Origin: Polyangiales bacterium
Lineage (GTDB): Bacteria > Myxococcota_A > Polyangia > Polyangiales > Polyangiaceae
NCBI GenBank assembly: GCA_038230375.1
Contig: JBBRNJ010000024.1
Span: forward strand, 1-64,000
Length of the DNA stretch: 64,000 bases
Direction of reading: 5' to 3'
Part shown: positions 9,590 to 18,843 of the stretch, piece after piece
How positions within the stretch are numbered: the stretch's first letter is position 1
How the letters are laid out: each line of letters opens with the position of its first letter
Made by a program: the position numbers and the translations under genes
Notes under the pieces: model-generated
What the model saw: only the letters and a program-made list of their open reading frames with translations
Databases searched by the model: none
Told to the model about the DNA's origin: nothing

Positions 9590-10552
9590 TCAGAACGAAA
9601 AGCCCGAGATGATGTCGCGCGCCAAGGGTTGTCCCAGTGACGCGGCGGGGCGTGCCGGCCCCTGGGGCAGAGTGAAGAGCAGGTACGCGCCGACCGCGAG
9701 CGCCACGATGCCCGCGCCCACGGCGATGTCAGCCCCCCACGCGAAGGCATGTGCGCGGTCGCTCGCATCGAGCCCCGCGGGGCTCGCGCACGGGTTCGTG
9801 CCGGGGCAAAGGCGATTTGCCTCGTCACGATTCGACAGCGTCGCGACGCCAAAGCCCGCCCCCAGGCCAACGCTCGCAAGGCCAGCGCCCATCACGATGA
9901 AGCCTGCGGTGCGACGTCCGTTGCTCGGGGGTGGCTGCGCGTCGTGGGGCGCCGGAGACTCGCGCGGCGCCGCGCCCGACGGTCCCTCCACTTCGAGCGG
10001 CGGAACCTCCACGTGCAGCGTTCGGCTCGCTTCCACGCGACTTGTCTGGTGCCACGACTTCCGCCCCGTCGCCCGAGCCTCCACGCGGTGGTCTCCTGGA
10101 TCGACCGGGATCTCGGTTCGCCATGCTTCGCGCGCGAGGGGCTCGTCGTCGATCGTGACGGTCATGTCGTTCGGAGCGCTTGCATCCACATCGATCGAGA
10201 GATGCGCGAGCGACGCGGCGAGCGCATCGATGCGCTCATGCGCGATATCCTGGCGATCCTTGCGTCCGTCCTTGATCGCTTGACTGAGCGCAAGGTTGTA
10301 CTCCGACCATGCGGTGGCCGTGCGCCCGAGCTCCTCGTGGCAGAGAGCGAGATTCAGGAGCGTGCCGCCACCGGGAGCGAGCCTCTGGCTCTGCGCGAGC
10401 TTCGCGCACGCGGGCGCATACTGTTCCGTCGCCATGAGCTGCCGTGCCTCGTCGAAGAGCGCTTGCGCGAGCCCGCGATCGGCTTCACTGGGCTCGGCCG
10501 CCGCAGGAATGCAGATCGCTGCGCACGCGGTGAACGCGCGCAAGCTCCGCAT
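9590..10552 (-). CDS. TPR + PEGA domain membrane protein
   Basis: AQALFDEARQLM..ACAKL..S..L.P..GTLLNLALCHE TPR; PEGA-like VDPGDHRVEARA; two C-terminal TM helices. Confidence 0.8.
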   Translation of the reverse strand: MRSLRAFTACAAICIPAAAEPSEADRGLAQALFDEARQLMATEQYAPACAKLAQSQRLAPGGGTLLNLALCHEELGRTATAWSEYNLALSQAIKDGRKDRQDIAHERIDALAASLAHLSIDVDASAPNDMTVTIDDEPLAREAWRTEIPVDPGDHRVEARATGRKSWHQTSRVEASRTLHVEVPPLEVEGPSGAAPRESPAPHDAQPPPSNGRRTAGFIVMGAGLASVGLGAGFGVATLSNRDEANRLCPGTNPCASPAGLDASDRAHAFAWGADIAVGAGIVALAVGAYLLFTLPQGPARPAASLGQPLARDIISGFSF

Positions 10553-10731
10553 GACTGGACCGCGCCGAGACATCATCGATCCGAATCCTATCTCATGATC
10601 GAACGCCAACGTTGCGACGAGCAAGAGCGCGCCCCAGAGTGGCCCCTGCCGGGAGAGGCTGGAGCCGATCTGGCCTGCTCCGAGGAATCGGCGGAATTCA
10701 ACGGCTCACGAAGCAGTGGTAGGGTCAAGGA

Positions 10732-11190
10732 GTGAACCTCGTTGACGAGCTCTTCTCCATCGCCCGCGCCCTGCATGGCGCGAAGATCACCTACGCGGTG
10801 TGCGGCGGCATCGCCGTCACGATTCACGGCGCCACGCGGACGACCCAGGACATCGACATCCTCCTGCTTCGTGCGGATCTCTCTCGCGCGCTCGATGTAG
10901 TGCGGCCGCTCGGCTACCTCTATGCTGCGGTGCCGATGACCTTCGACACCGGAACCGCCCAGGAGCGGTGCGTGCAGCGCGTCACGAAGCTCGAAGGTGA
11001 ACATCACTTGGTCCTTGATCTCATCCTCGCGGAGGCCGCGCTCTCCGCTGCGCTCGATGACCGTGTGGAGCTTGACCTACCGGAGGGCACGTTGACGGTC
11101 GTCTCGCGCGAGGCCCTACTTGCCATGAAGCGGCTCGCAGGCAGAGCGCAGGACCAGGCCGACATCGAGAAGCTGGGCGGTAGCGAATGA
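10732..11190 (+). CDS. Pol-beta superfamily nucleotidyltransferase (DUF6036/AbiEii-like)
   Basis: YAVCGGIAV..HG..RTTQDIDI motif; C-terminal MKRLAGRAQDQADI. Confidence 0.8.
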   Translation: MNLVDELFSIARALHGAKITYAVCGGIAVTIHGATRTTQDIDILLLRADLSRALDVVRPLGYLYAAVPMTFDTGTAQERCVQRVTKLEGEHHLVLDLILAEAALSAALDDRVELDLPEGTLTVVSREALLAMKRLAGRAQDQADIEKLGGSE

Positions 11191-11417
11191 AGACCGACCT
11201 CTCGGTCCCCGCCGTTCACGCGCGTCTCCAACGGCTCCGCGCCCTGTACCGGCCGCTCAACGCGGAACAGGCGATTGGACGGACGGACACCGCGCCCCGT
11301 GACGAGACGTTCGTGAACGGCGTTTCGCGCCGACTCGAGGAGCTGCGCGCGCTCTGCGAATTGACCACTCGCCTCCACGCGTCCACTCTCGCCGGGGCAC
11401 GCAGACACGGGCCCTGA
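11187..11417 (+). CDS. small helical hypothetical protein coupled to the nucleotidyltransferase
   Basis: ATGA overlap with the upstream stop; 76 aa with a duplicated 'V..RL..LRAL' motif. Confidence 0.6.
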   Translation: MKTDLSVPAVHARLQRLRALYRPLNAEQAIGRTDTAPRDETFVNGVSRRLEELRALCELTTRLHASTLAGARRHGP

Positions 11418-11433
11418 GCTGGTTCGTCCGGGT

Positions 11434-14430
11434 TCAGCCGTGAGTGGCGGTGGCCTCCGCGTCGCGCAGGCACTCCGAGATGCGAATGGGATCCACCGAC
11501 GCAAGTGGCACCGGCGTCCCGTCGCTGAAGAAGCGGAGCGTGATGCTCGCGCCCTCTTTGTCCGTGTCCACGTCCGCGTAGACAAGCTCCGGGAAATCGC
11601 GACGGAAGGACAGTCGCGGGTGCGAGCGCATCATCCGCCAGCGGCCCGTTGCGGCGAGCACCTCCGAGAGCGGCTGCGCAGAGCGCGGCGTGCGCGACCG
11701 CGTGACGGTCTCCTTCTCCGATTCGTCCTTCGTGAGCGAGACCATCTCGCGCGCAAGCTGTGGGAACGGCTGGATCAGCCTGTAGTCCGCGAACAGCTGC
11801 GAGAAGCGCGCGATCGACGCTGGACCAAGGACCAGCGGGTGTGCGATCTGGACCGACTCCGCGCCATCGAGATCGATGGCGTCATCTTGCTGGTCTGCGA
11901 ACGTCTTGTCCTCGGCCACGCGGAAGGGCCTTGCGCCGCCCGGGCCCCGCGCGATCCAGACCACGCCTCGGGCGAGGTGAATCATCAGCGGATGCTCCAC
12001 CCACGTGCGGCGGAACGTGGGCACGTCCCAGCTGCGCCCATTCACCAGCGCGCGCTCCATCGCGCGGATGCGGCGATCTGCAAGCGTGCCCACGTCTTCC
12101 GCGAGCTCGTCCCAGAGGGCGCGCGCCGCCTTCACCAGCTCCGCGTCGTCCGTCTTGCGCTTCGGCGGCAGCATCCGCACCCGCTCGCCATCGACCTGGA
12201 AATACGGGCTCAACGACTCGTCGAAGCCGACGCGTACCTTGCGCGTACCGTAGTCCAGATCGAGCCCACCCATCGCGTCCGTGCCGAGCGTGGGCGTGAC
12301 GCGCTCGTCCAGCTCGTCGATCGTCCAGCCCTTCGACCTGGCCACGGCCTCGAGCTGCTTCTCACCCTCGCTTGCACTCGAGAAGTAGACGCTCTTCCGT
12401 CCGCTCGCGGCACGCGCGGCGATCGTCGCGAGCTCCATGATGGCTGCGTCGGAGCCGATCTGCGCAAGCACCTCCAGCACGCGCGGGCTCTTGATCGCGG
12501 GCGTGGTGCGCCGCACGACCTCGTCGTCGGCGAGATGAACGAGCGCATCGAACATCCAGGCGTCCGCCTTCTTTGCGCCTGCGATCTCCCACGCGCGCGC
12601 CATGTCCCACGCGAGCTCGGCAAGGGAGCGTGGGTCGCAGGCGTCCCTCACGTCGGCGAGCCCCGCATACGGCGCGTCCACGGGCGAGAGCTTCAGCATC
12701 TCGCCAAGCGCCTGCATCGCCGTGAGCGGTAGCGCGCGACCATCCGCGAGCTTCGGTCGCGTGTATGCGTTCGGGCGAAAGAGCGGCGGCAGCTTGGGCG
12801 CGGTCTTCGGGCAATCGAAGCGCGGATCCCACGCCAGGATCTCCTCCACCGACTTCCGCGCCGGCGCGCCGTACTCGTCAGCGATCTTCAGCGCCACCTC
12901 TTCATGGCCACGCGCTACCAGCCGCCTGAGCGCGAGCTCCGCGAGATCCCGCCGCCTGCCGGTCTCACCCACGGCCGCGGGAATGAGCCCCACGCAAGCG
13001 GACCCAGGGTTCGAAGCGAGCCATGCCCACGCGACCTTCGCGCGACGTGGCGCCTTGAGGTGCAGCGCCATGGGGACGGCCAGCCGTGGCGAATCGAGCG
13101 CCAGGAACGGCTCCAGGACCCAGCCCGTGTCGTTGTGAGAGGAAGACTCGCCGACCCGCTCGATCCATCGCGCGATCCCCTGGGACGCACGCGCCTCGAA
13201 GTGCAAAAGGAATGTCCATGCGGTGTTGTATGCGGGGAAGGGCTCGAAGCCGCGCTCGTTCCACGCCGTCAGCGACTCGGCGGAGGCGCTCTTCTCGGCC
13301 CTCTGCGCGAGGAGTTCGGCGATCGCCTGCGTCTTCTTGAACGTCTCCTCGCGCGGGGCGAGCGCGAGATCAGCGACCTGGATCCGCTTCCGGGTGGGGC
13401 GCTTCTTCGCGCGCCACGGCGGATTCGCGAGCACGGCAGGCAGCGACGCGAGCGGCGCCTCGTCGCCGGACGACAGCTCGGCGCGATCCAGCTGCGCGAC
13501 GATCTCCTGCGCGAACTTCGCCGCGCGCGTATCACCCTTCGCTCGCTCCCGAAGCGGCGCCGCGTACTCGGGGAACCGATGAAAGTAGTCCGCTGTCGCC
13601 TTGCGCATCGGCGCATGCTGGATCGAGCTCGCGAAGATCTCCGCGACCTCCAGGCCGCCGACGGCGCCGAGCGCGCTTGCCACGCCCTTGAGCTCGTGCC
13701 TCTCGCGCGGCGCCTCGACGATCCGGCGCGCCAGCGGCAGGGCGGCCGCGCCAAGGCGTGTGAGCAGGTCACCCAGGTCCACCACCGACCCGCTCTCGAG
13801 CACCACCTTCTCGATCAGCGCGACATCCGTCATTGTCGAGACCAGGCGCGACACCGCGATGGGCACGAGCCACACCGGCGGCGTGCCCTTGGCCGCGATG
13901 AGCGCCTCGACGACCTCTGCCACCCAGCGCTCTTCACGCGGAAAAATGCAGGCAAGATGGGTCTTGAGCCCCAGGGGCGCGCCCTGCCACGCGGCCCTCG
14001 CCACCAGCAGGCAAGCCTCCGCGGTGGGCGCATCTGCTGCCGCGACCGCGCGCGCGACCTCGTGATCGTTGATCATCGCGACCGACGTCGACGCCGCGGG
14101 AACGACCCAGCGCTTGTCGGGCACGCTCTTCACGTCGAAGCCATGCGCGCGGGCCAGGACGTCGAGCGCGACGACTGGTCCGTGGTGCGCGACGGTGAAG
14201 CGAAGCACGGTGTCCCAGCTGCCCTGGATCATCACCTTGAGGATGATGGCGTGGCCGATGGGGTCGAACGCGCCGGACGGTGGCGGCGCCTCCGCCATCA
14301 AGTAGGCATCAAGAGATTCGACCGCGGAGGCAAGGTCCGGCGCCATCTCAGCGCGGCCCGAAAGGAGCGCGCTCCGGTAGGGCATGTAACGCTCCTGGTA
14401 TTCCTTCCAGAGGTCGACGTTCGTGGACAT
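11434..14430 (-). CDS. DUF4132 domain-containing protein
   Basis: C-terminal DEL.ER.TPTLG.D..G.LDLDYG.R, RSW....F...WVEHPLM..LAR.VVW, IAHP and ADY...QPFPQL motifs. Confidence 0.85.
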   Translation of the reverse strand: MSTNVDLWKEYQERYMPYRSALLSGRAEMAPDLASAVESLDAYLMAEAPPPSGAFDPIGHAIILKVMIQGSWDTVLRFTVAHHGPVVALDVLARAHGFDVKSVPDKRWVVPAASTSVAMINDHEVARAVAAADAPTAEACLLVARAAWQGAPLGLKTHLACIFPREERWVAEVVEALIAAKGTPPVWLVPIAVSRLVSTMTDVALIEKVVLESGSVVDLGDLLTRLGAAALPLARRIVEAPRERHELKGVASALGAVGGLEVAEIFASSIQHAPMRKATADYFHRFPEYAAPLRERAKGDTRAAKFAQEIVAQLDRAELSSGDEAPLASLPAVLANPPWRAKKRPTRKRIQVADLALAPREETFKKTQAIAELLAQRAEKSASAESLTAWNERGFEPFPAYNTAWTFLLHFEARASQGIARWIERVGESSSHNDTGWVLEPFLALDSPRLAVPMALHLKAPRRAKVAWAWLASNPGSACVGLIPAAVGETGRRRDLAELALRRLVARGHEEVALKIADEYGAPARKSVEEILAWDPRFDCPKTAPKLPPLFRPNAYTRPKLADGRALPLTAMQALGEMLKLSPVDAPYAGLADVRDACDPRSLAELAWDMARAWEIAGAKKADAWMFDALVHLADDEVVRRTTPAIKSPRVLEVLAQIGSDAAIMELATIAARAASGRKSVYFSSASEGEKQLEAVARSKGWTIDELDERVTPTLGTDAMGGLDLDYGTRKVRVGFDESLSPYFQVDGERVRMLPPKRKTDDAELVKAARALWDELAEDVGTLADRRIRAMERALVNGRSWDVPTFRRTWVEHPLMIHLARGVVWIARGPGGARPFRVAEDKTFADQQDDAIDLDGAESVQIAHPLVLGPASIARFSQLFADYRLIQPFPQLAREMVSLTKDESEKETVTRSRTPRSAQPLSEVLAATGRWRMMRSHPRLSFRRDFPELVYADVDTDKEGASITLRFFSDGTPVPLASVDPIRISECLRDAEATATHG

Positions 14431-14670
14431 CACCAGGTGATATCAAAGCGTCGCGCCGTGCGGTGGATTGGACCACGCGTCTTTCCGATCGGTGAGGGCC
14501 CGTTGCTTGGTCCGCCGTACTACCTGTAGGGAAGGGGAGAGCGGCCCTCGGTGATCTCCTTCCCGCGGGCGGCGCGGGCGGGTTCAGCGTCCGCTCATGT
14601 TGGTGCTGTCCCCCATTTGAGCGATACGTGTCTCCATGGCGCGAGCCACGGCTCGCCGTAACATGGATGG

Positions 14671-16284
14671 ATGCGTAGTCGTCACTATCTCCTCTCGGTC
14701 TTCGTGCTCGCAGCAGGTGCTGGAAGCGTTCACTGCGTTGGTGACTCGACAGTTCCGGTGGACCCCGGCAGCGGTGACGGCTCGGCCGACGGGGCGCCGG
14801 CTGGGATGCAGGACGCTGGCGGCTCGGTGGACAGTGGCTCCTCCGGTGATGCCCAAGCGACGTGCCCGGCGACTGCAACGACGGACTACTATGTGGACCC
14901 CGTCTCTGGCCTGGATGCGAACGTTGGCTCTGGCGGGTCGTGTCCGCTCAAGACGATCACGGCGGCCCTTGCCAAGTCTGCCAAGGCTTACAACGCGACG
15001 ATTCACCTCGCCGCAGGTACGTACGCGGCGGGCGAAACGTTTCCGCTCATCGTCGACAAGGGTCGCTCGGTCAAAGGTGCAGGCGCGGCCACCACGACCA
15101 TTCAAGGCAGCTCCACCCAGTACAACACGCTGAACACCGGCTCGTTCCTCGATCCCATTGTCGGTGTGGACGGCGGTGCGCCGAATCCGAGCTTCGTCAC
15201 GATCCTCGCGGGTGACGTACCGGGTGGCGCGAACAACATCGGCACGACCACGATCTCCGGTGTGACGGTCGTGCCGGCGTCCACGGTCACAAAGCCGGCG
15301 GTCGGATCCGGCTACGTCGGCATCGCATGCATCACCGGCAATGGCCCGAACCAGAGCGGAACCAACGGCGTGATGCCCACCGTCCCCGCGCCGAACCTCG
15401 TGCTCTCCGCCGTCACGGTGGGACCCAACTACGAAAACGACGTGGTGCTCGGCTCGGAGCCCACCAACACGACGGCGTGCAACGCGAAGATCGTCGCGAG
15501 CACGTTTGCTGCCGCGAACATCGGCGTTGTGTCGGGCTCGTGCGGCACCGCGAATCCCAGCGTCTCGTGGCCCTCTTCGCAGATCGGTGACGGCACAACG
15601 GCAAACGCGAATACCTTCACGGGCACCAACATCGGGTTGCTCGGCGGAGGTTGTGGTTCGTCGCAGTCGATCAATGGCAACCACTTCGTCAGCGGCTATC
15701 GCGGCATGGTGATGATCAGCAAACCGGGGCAGTACTTCGAGGTGCTGGACAACACGTTCGATGGATCGACAGCACCCAACATGGGCGTGGGGCTCGACAT
15801 CGGATCCGGCACGATGATCGCCAAACTGAACGACAACGTGTTCTCCAACATCTCGCAGAGCGCAGCAGCCGACCTATCCATCGGCGCTGCCATCACCGGC
15901 TATGCGATCCGCCTGGAGGCCTTTGACGTCGCGCAGGCGCGCCGCAACAAGATCCACGACAACGACAACGGCGTGCTCATGACGATGACGCCGCAAGCGG
16001 ACTTCGACTTCAGCGGCGGCCTTGCCGCGCAGAGCAACCAGAACGTCTTCTATTGCAACTCCGACACGCACGGCGGGGTTGGCTATGACGTCATCCTCAA
16101 CAACGGCGTGGCAGGCAAGACCGCCAACTTCGAAGGGAACATCTGGGACCATAACCCGGCCCAGTCCGGAGCTGGAGGCGCGGCGAATGCGACGGATGCG
16201 GTGCAGATCGGCGCGGCGACGCTCGATGTGTCCAATGCCTATCCCGTGGCGGCGCCGGCCTGTGCGGCGGGGCGCGTGAAGTAG
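14671..16284 (+). CDS. secreted/lipoprotein with DUF1565-like N-domain and right-handed beta-helix
   Basis: YYVDPVSGLD....G....PLKTITAAL...IHLAAGTY..GETFPL motif; Asn-rich beta-helix repeats. Confidence 0.75.
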   Translation: MRSRHYLLSVFVLAAGAGSVHCVGDSTVPVDPGSGDGSADGAPAGMQDAGGSVDSGSSGDAQATCPATATTDYYVDPVSGLDANVGSGGSCPLKTITAALAKSAKAYNATIHLAAGTYAAGETFPLIVDKGRSVKGAGAATTTIQGSSTQYNTLNTGSFLDPIVGVDGGAPNPSFVTILAGDVPGGANNIGTTTISGVTVVPASTVTKPAVGSGYVGIACITGNGPNQSGTNGVMPTVPAPNLVLSAVTVGPNYENDVVLGSEPTNTTACNAKIVASTFAAANIGVVSGSCGTANPSVSWPSSQIGDGTTANANTFTGTNIGLLGGGCGSSQSINGNHFVSGYRGMVMISKPGQYFEVLDNTFDGSTAPNMGVGLDIGSGTMIAKLNDNVFSNISQSAAADLSIGAAITGYAIRLEAFDVAQARRNKIHDNDNGVLMTMTPQADFDFSGGLAAQSNQNVFYCNSDTHGGVGYDVILNNGVAGKTANFEGNIWDHNPAQSGAGGAANATDAVQIGAATLDVSNAYPVAAPACAAGRVK

Positions 16285-16337
16285 CAGACCTAGGCTTCGC
16301 AAACGGACGACGCCTGGGGTAGATTCGCGCCAGAGGC

Positions 16338-16919
16338 GTGACGGGGCTGTTGACCACAAACTTGGCGGAAGCGAGAGACAGGCGTCGCCTTGGCGCGACC
16401 GCGCTTGCGTGGTGGGGCTTCCTCACGATCGTCTTCGGGTATGCCGTGCACGGCTCCATGGACGGGGCCACCGCGGTCGAGCTCCCGCTCGAGAACCAGC
16501 TGAGCACGGTCTCCTACCTTCCCGAGGGCTGGAAGTTCTTCACCCGCAACGCGCGAGAGGACATTTCCCTGCTCTACAAGCAGGACAGCGCCGGCCACTG
16601 GATACGCGCTGACAGCGGTGTGAACGCGTCGGCACACAACCTCTTTGGCCTCTCCCGCAAGGGCCGCAACGAAGGTATCGAGTCCGGCTTCATCCTCACC
16701 GCCATCCCCCCGGACTTCTACGAGGAGTGCCCGGACGACGCAGCCACGTGCCTCCAGGACCGGCGCCCGAAGCTCCGGATGGGCACCGGCGCAAGGCGGC
16801 CGGTCTTCTGCGGGAAGGTCGGCGTGGTCGTCACGCCGCGCGTGCCCTGGGCGTGGGCTCGCTCACCCAAGGCGCCGAGCATGAAGAGCAAGGTGGTCGT
16901 CATCGAGGTCACATGCTGA
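16338..16919 (+). CDS. sdpA: SdpA family antimicrobial peptide maturation protein
   Basis: N-terminal TM; LPEGWKFFTRNAR, NLFGLSRKGR.EGIE.G, FCG and PWAW motifs of SdpA; stop overlaps the next start; start codon uncertain. Confidence 0.8.
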   Translation: MTGLLTTNLAEARDRRRLGATALAWWGFLTIVFGYAVHGSMDGATAVELPLENQLSTVSYLPEGWKFFTRNAREDISLLYKQDSAGHWIRADSGVNASAHNLFGLSRKGRNEGIESGFILTAIPPDFYEECPDDAATCLQDRRPKLRMGTGARRPVFCGKVGVVVTPRVPWAWARSPKAPSMKSKVVVIEVTC

Positions 16920-17851
16920 CCGCGCTCGGCAACGTCGCGCACCGATGGGCCTCGGAGTCGAAGCCCTGGACGAACGTCTATGGTCTTGCGAGGACGCTCC
17001 TTGCGACCGGAACGCTGCTCACCCTCCTCACGAACGACGTGGAGGATCTCTTTCCGCGCGTCGCTGGCCTTCCCGAGCCGCCGATCTGCACGGGCGCATT
17101 GCGGGCGGGGATGTTCTGCCTGTTCCCCAGGTCTCACCTGGAGATCGCGCGCTTCATCTGCGTGGTGCTGCTCCTGGTGATCGCGACGGGGTGGCGTCCG
17201 CGCATCACAGGCATCGTTCACTGGTTCGTGTCGCTCAGCTTCCAGGTGGGCGTGTCGTCGCTCGACGGCGGCGATCAGGTGACCGCTGTGCTCACGCTCC
17301 TGCTCATACCGCTCACGCTGACCGACGGCCGCAGGTGGCACTGGGACGCGTGGGTAGAAGACCCGAACGACAGGTGGCTCCCCACGAAGCGCCTCTTTGC
17401 CCAGACGAGCGTCTGGCTCTGTCGTCTGCAGGTTGCAGGCATCTATTTCCACGCCGCGGTCGCAAAGTGCGCAACGCCCGAGTGGAGCAATGGGACCGCG
17501 TTATACTACTGGCTCTCACACCCGCTCTACGGGGTGGCTTCGTGGGTCAAGCCGGTGATGATGCCCATCCTCACCCGCTCAACTGTGGCGTTGATGACGT
17601 GGGGGGTCATCGCAACCGAGTTCGCGTTGATGGCGGGCCTCCTGGCAGCAAAGAAGCACTGGAGGTATCTTCTGGTGCTGGGGCTCGCGCTCCACATTGG
17701 TATCGCGTTGCTGCAGGGGCTCGTCACTTTCGGCTTTGCGATGAGCGCTGCGCTCATCCTGTATCTTCGACCGACGGAGGATGTATTCTTGTGGAAGCGC
17801 ACGGCACGTCTCCGCGAACGTCTGGTGCACCGTAAGGCGCTCGGAACGTAG
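16913..17851 (+). CDS. sdpB: SdpB family (HTTM-domain) sporulation-delaying toxin maturation protein
   Basis: PWTNVYGLARTLLA, GWRPR.TG..HW, LDGGDQV, D.R.WHW, LQVA.IYFHAAV.K and EW.NGTALYYW motifs. Confidence 0.88.
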   Translation: MLTALGNVAHRWASESKPWTNVYGLARTLLATGTLLTLLTNDVEDLFPRVAGLPEPPICTGALRAGMFCLFPRSHLEIARFICVVLLLVIATGWRPRITGIVHWFVSLSFQVGVSSLDGGDQVTAVLTLLLIPLTLTDGRRWHWDAWVEDPNDRWLPTKRLFAQTSVWLCRLQVAGIYFHAAVAKCATPEWSNGTALYYWLSHPLYGVASWVKPVMMPILTRSTVALMTWGVIATEFALMAGLLAAKKHWRYLLVLGLALHIGIALLQGLVTFGFAMSAALILYLRPTEDVFLWKRTARLRERLVHRKALGT

Positions 17852-17880
17852 ACACGCCCGGATCTCGTAGGAGTAATCGA

Positions 17881-18843
17881 ATGAAGCCTCGTCTCAAGAA
17901 CGCAATCTCGATCGGTCTCGTCATCGGCGGCGCCGCGCTTGCCGCTTGCAGCGACTCGAAGACAGACTCACCGCGCACCTACACCGGCGAAGAGATCGCG
18001 CAGGGCATGATGGGCGTGGGGCCGGCCGCGGACCGGTTCGGACCGACGTCGACGCTGAAGGAGCGGTTGGACAACACGAAGCAATCGCTGAAGATGAGCT
18101 CCGTCTCGGTCGAGGTGCTGAAGCAGAACGCGGCGGACCTGGCGCCACAGTCGGGCGATCCGCTTCCGGCGACCAGACTCGCCGCCCGTATGCCCACGGA
18201 GGTGGAGCTCACGAACCTGGCGTCGCAGCTGGACACCGTGCAGCTCCCCTCGGAGGAGCAGTTCCAGAAGCTGGTCGGATACGTGATCAGCGAGATCAAT
18301 CGTCGCGCGCCGAACTACCTCGTGACCTTCGCGTCGGAGATGCAGAGCGGTGATGCCGCGCGCGTGAACGCAGCGGTGAAGCAGATGAAGCGCACCCTCG
18401 TCTCAATCTTCGAGAGCGATGCACTCGCGACGCTCGCGGCGGCGGACGCGAGCCTCGCCACTCCTGGTGTCACGACCATGAACACCGGGAACGGCGGCAG
18501 TGGTGGCGGTACGCCTGGTGCGGCTGGTCCGAACACCAACCCCTCTGCGAAACCAGCCGATCCGGTGGCACCCAAAGGCATCGACCCGGTCGTCGTGCCG
18601 AACCAGCTCCCGAACAAGGACAACAGCTACAAGTGGGATCAGTACTGGGTAGGCACGCGTGTCGGCGCCGGTGCATACGTGGGCGCGGCCGTGGCCCTCG
18701 CCGTAGGCATCGCCGTATGGGCCGTGGCCGTCAAGGGTCTAGGTCCGTTCATCCCCTTCGCAAACGCGCAAGACCAGAACCCCGGTGACCCGCTCGCCGA
18801 GGAGCTGAAGATCGCAAAGCTCACCAAGAATTTCGCGCACTGA
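17881..18843 (+). CDS. sdpC: SdpC-like toxin precursor, lipoprotein-type
   Basis: AGGAG RBS; LAA-C lipobox; YTGEEI..G...GP and IN...P.Y...F..EMQSGD...V..A pro-domain motifs; Ala/Val-rich hydrophobic core near the C-terminus; directly after sdpAB. Confidence 0.75.
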   Translation: MKPRLKNAISIGLVIGGAALAACSDSKTDSPRTYTGEEIAQGMMGVGPAADRFGPTSTLKERLDNTKQSLKMSSVSVEVLKQNAADLAPQSGDPLPATRLAARMPTEVELTNLASQLDTVQLPSEEQFQKLVGYVISEINRRAPNYLVTFASEMQSGDAARVNAAVKQMKRTLVSIFESDALATLAAADASLATPGVTTMNTGNGGSGGGTPGAAGPNTNPSAKPADPVAPKGIDPVVVPNQLPNKDNSYKWDQYWVGTRVGAGAYVGAAVALAVGIAVWAVAVKGLGPFIPFANAQDQNPGDPLAEELKIAKLTKNFAH

